A stretch of 37,500 nucleotides of DNA from Burkholderiaceae bacterium (lineage in GTDB: Bacteria; Pseudomonadota; Gammaproteobacteria; Burkholderiales; Burkholderiaceae_C). The DNA lies in NCBI GenBank assembly GCA_031398015.1, contig JANNMP010000158.1, positions 1 through 37,500 on the forward strand. Reading direction: 5' to 3'. Positions within the stretch are counted from its first letter, which is position 1. Every line of letters starts with the position of its first letter. The notes under the pieces are model-generated. The model did no database searches. It was not told the origin of the DNA and worked only from the letters and a program-made list of their open reading frames with translations. Both the position numbers and the translations under genes were made by a program. This document shows, in pieces, positions 36,569-37,500 of this stretch.

Positions 36569-37500
36569 TCAAGGGCACGCCACTTCGCTGCGCGGCGGTG
36601 GGTCGCTGCGCGACCCGCTCGGGCCCGAGAACCAGCCGTCCACCGCCCGGATCACCTGGTCGGCGGCACGCTCGTAGGCTGCGGTGGCCTGACCGTAGGG
36701 ATCGGCAATCTCGATGCTGTCCAGGCCAGCGCCGCCGGCTGCGCCAAGCAGGTAAGTCTTGCCTCTGGCCGCTGGATGCAGCTGCAGCAGCCGGTCGATG
36801 TGTGCCAGCTCCATCGCCAGGATCACGTCGGCGTCTTGCACCATCTGCTGCGTCAGCGTGCGTGAGCGCCAGGCCTGCAGATCCAGGCCACGCCGCGCCG
36901 CCACGGCCACCATGCTGGCGTCAGCCGGCCTGTCTTGCGGTGCATGGAAGCCGGCCGACATGTAGGCCAGCCGGCCGCCATGGCGGCCCTCGGCATGCGC
37001 CTGTGCCAGTGCACTGCGGTTGATGTTGCCGTGGCACAGGAACAGCACCCGCCGTGCACGCGCCATGGCCTGGCCCGCGCGCCCGGTGCAACGCGCGGCA
37101 CGGCGCTGCTGCGCCAGCCGCCGCCGCCGTTGCAGCACTGCCTGCATGCGCTGCCACTGCTTGCGGGCGATGCGCCACAGGTCGACCAGGCCGGGGCGCG
37201 GGTCGCGCAGCGATTGCACGTCGAAGTGGTGGCGGGGTGAGAACACCAGCAGGCTGTCACGCAGCACCTCGCGCCAGGTGGGCAGCCTGACCAGGTGCGC
37301 CGGCGCGGCGCGGCGCAGCACATGCTCCAGCCAGTCGATGTCGCGGGCCAGCTGGCGGCACACCACGCCGATGCGCGCCGGCGCATGGTCGCGCAGCGCG
37401 CCGGTGGTCAGCAGCTCATGCAGCATGGCGGGAAAGTCAGCCCCGGCTGCCACCGCCAGGGGCAGCGACCCCCAGAAGCGGCCATTGATCTCCATCAGCC
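36569..37500 (-). CDS. ATP-grasp ligase fused to a C-terminal low-molecular-weight protein tyrosine phosphatase domain; 5' end outside the window
   Basis: LMEINGRFWGSLPLAVAAGADFP (ATP-grasp ExN motif), then VLFLCHGNINRSALA (CX5R P-loop, 37013-37036), SAG, and IADPYG general acid; frame open to the right edge. Confidence 0.85.
   Translation of the reverse strand, partial: LMEINGRFWGSLPLAVAAGADFPAMLHELLTTGALRDHAPARIGVVCRQLARDIDWLEHVLRRAAPAHLVRLPTWREVLRDSLLVFSPRHHFDVQSLRDPRPGLVDLWRIARKQWQRMQAVLQRRRRLAQQRRAARCTGRAGQAMARARRVLFLCHGNINRSALAQAHAEGRHGGRLAYMSAGFHAPQDRPADASMVAVAARRGLDLQAWRSRTLTQQMVQDADVILAMELAHIDRLLQLHPAARGKTYLLGAAGGAGLDSIEIADPYGQATAAYERAADQVIRAVDGWFSGPSGSRSDPPPRSEVACP

Noticed and set aside
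816-36571. Genome-wide UGA=Trp genetic code
   Set aside because: Most genes end at TGA at their expected family C-termini, many in ATGA/GTGA overlaps, and TGG is used for Trp throughout.

Overview
High-GC betaproteobacterial-type DNA (Burkholderiales-like, inferred from composition and gene order). The whole window is one large exopolysaccharide (EPS) locus of the PEP-CTERM/exosortase A (XrtA) type. A + strand operon (816-20641), preceded by a candidate sigma54 promoter, carries the XrtA core: short Wza-type exporter, chain-length protein, separate BY-kinase, OM beta-barrel, ExeA-like ATPase, deacetylase, FemAB-like protein, glycosyltransferases, exosortase A, nucleotide-sugar dehydrogenase, AsnB-like amidotransferase, Wzy/O-ligase, a second deacetylase and a methyltransferase. 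It meets head-on, with overlapping stop codons, a - strand operon (>37500-20638) of polymer-decorating enzymes: ATP-grasp/LMW-PTP fusion, sulfotransferase, XrtA hydrolases 1 and 2, FkbM methyltransferase, GT2, Wzx, GT4, a Cys-less AsnB-like ligase, and an ACP-FkbH-MBOAT-SGNH-VOC-methyltransferase cassette. That cassette is the best candidate for a poorly described system: Dlt/AlgIJ-like ACP-dependent glyceryl (possibly epimerised or methylated) acylation of EPS. Other notable points are an in-frame TGA at a conserved Trp position of the AsnB-like gene, a 106-bp palindromic insert flanked by TGACATG repeats that forms a bridging mini-ORF, and an 11-Tyr kinase tail. A divergent, truncated N-acetyl-sugar amidotransferase gene at the left edge is missing from the ORF track. 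No rRNA, tRNA, CRISPR, transposase or PEP-CTERM substrate gene was seen. All family assignments (including TIGRFAM numbers) come from motif recognition and recall, not from database searches.
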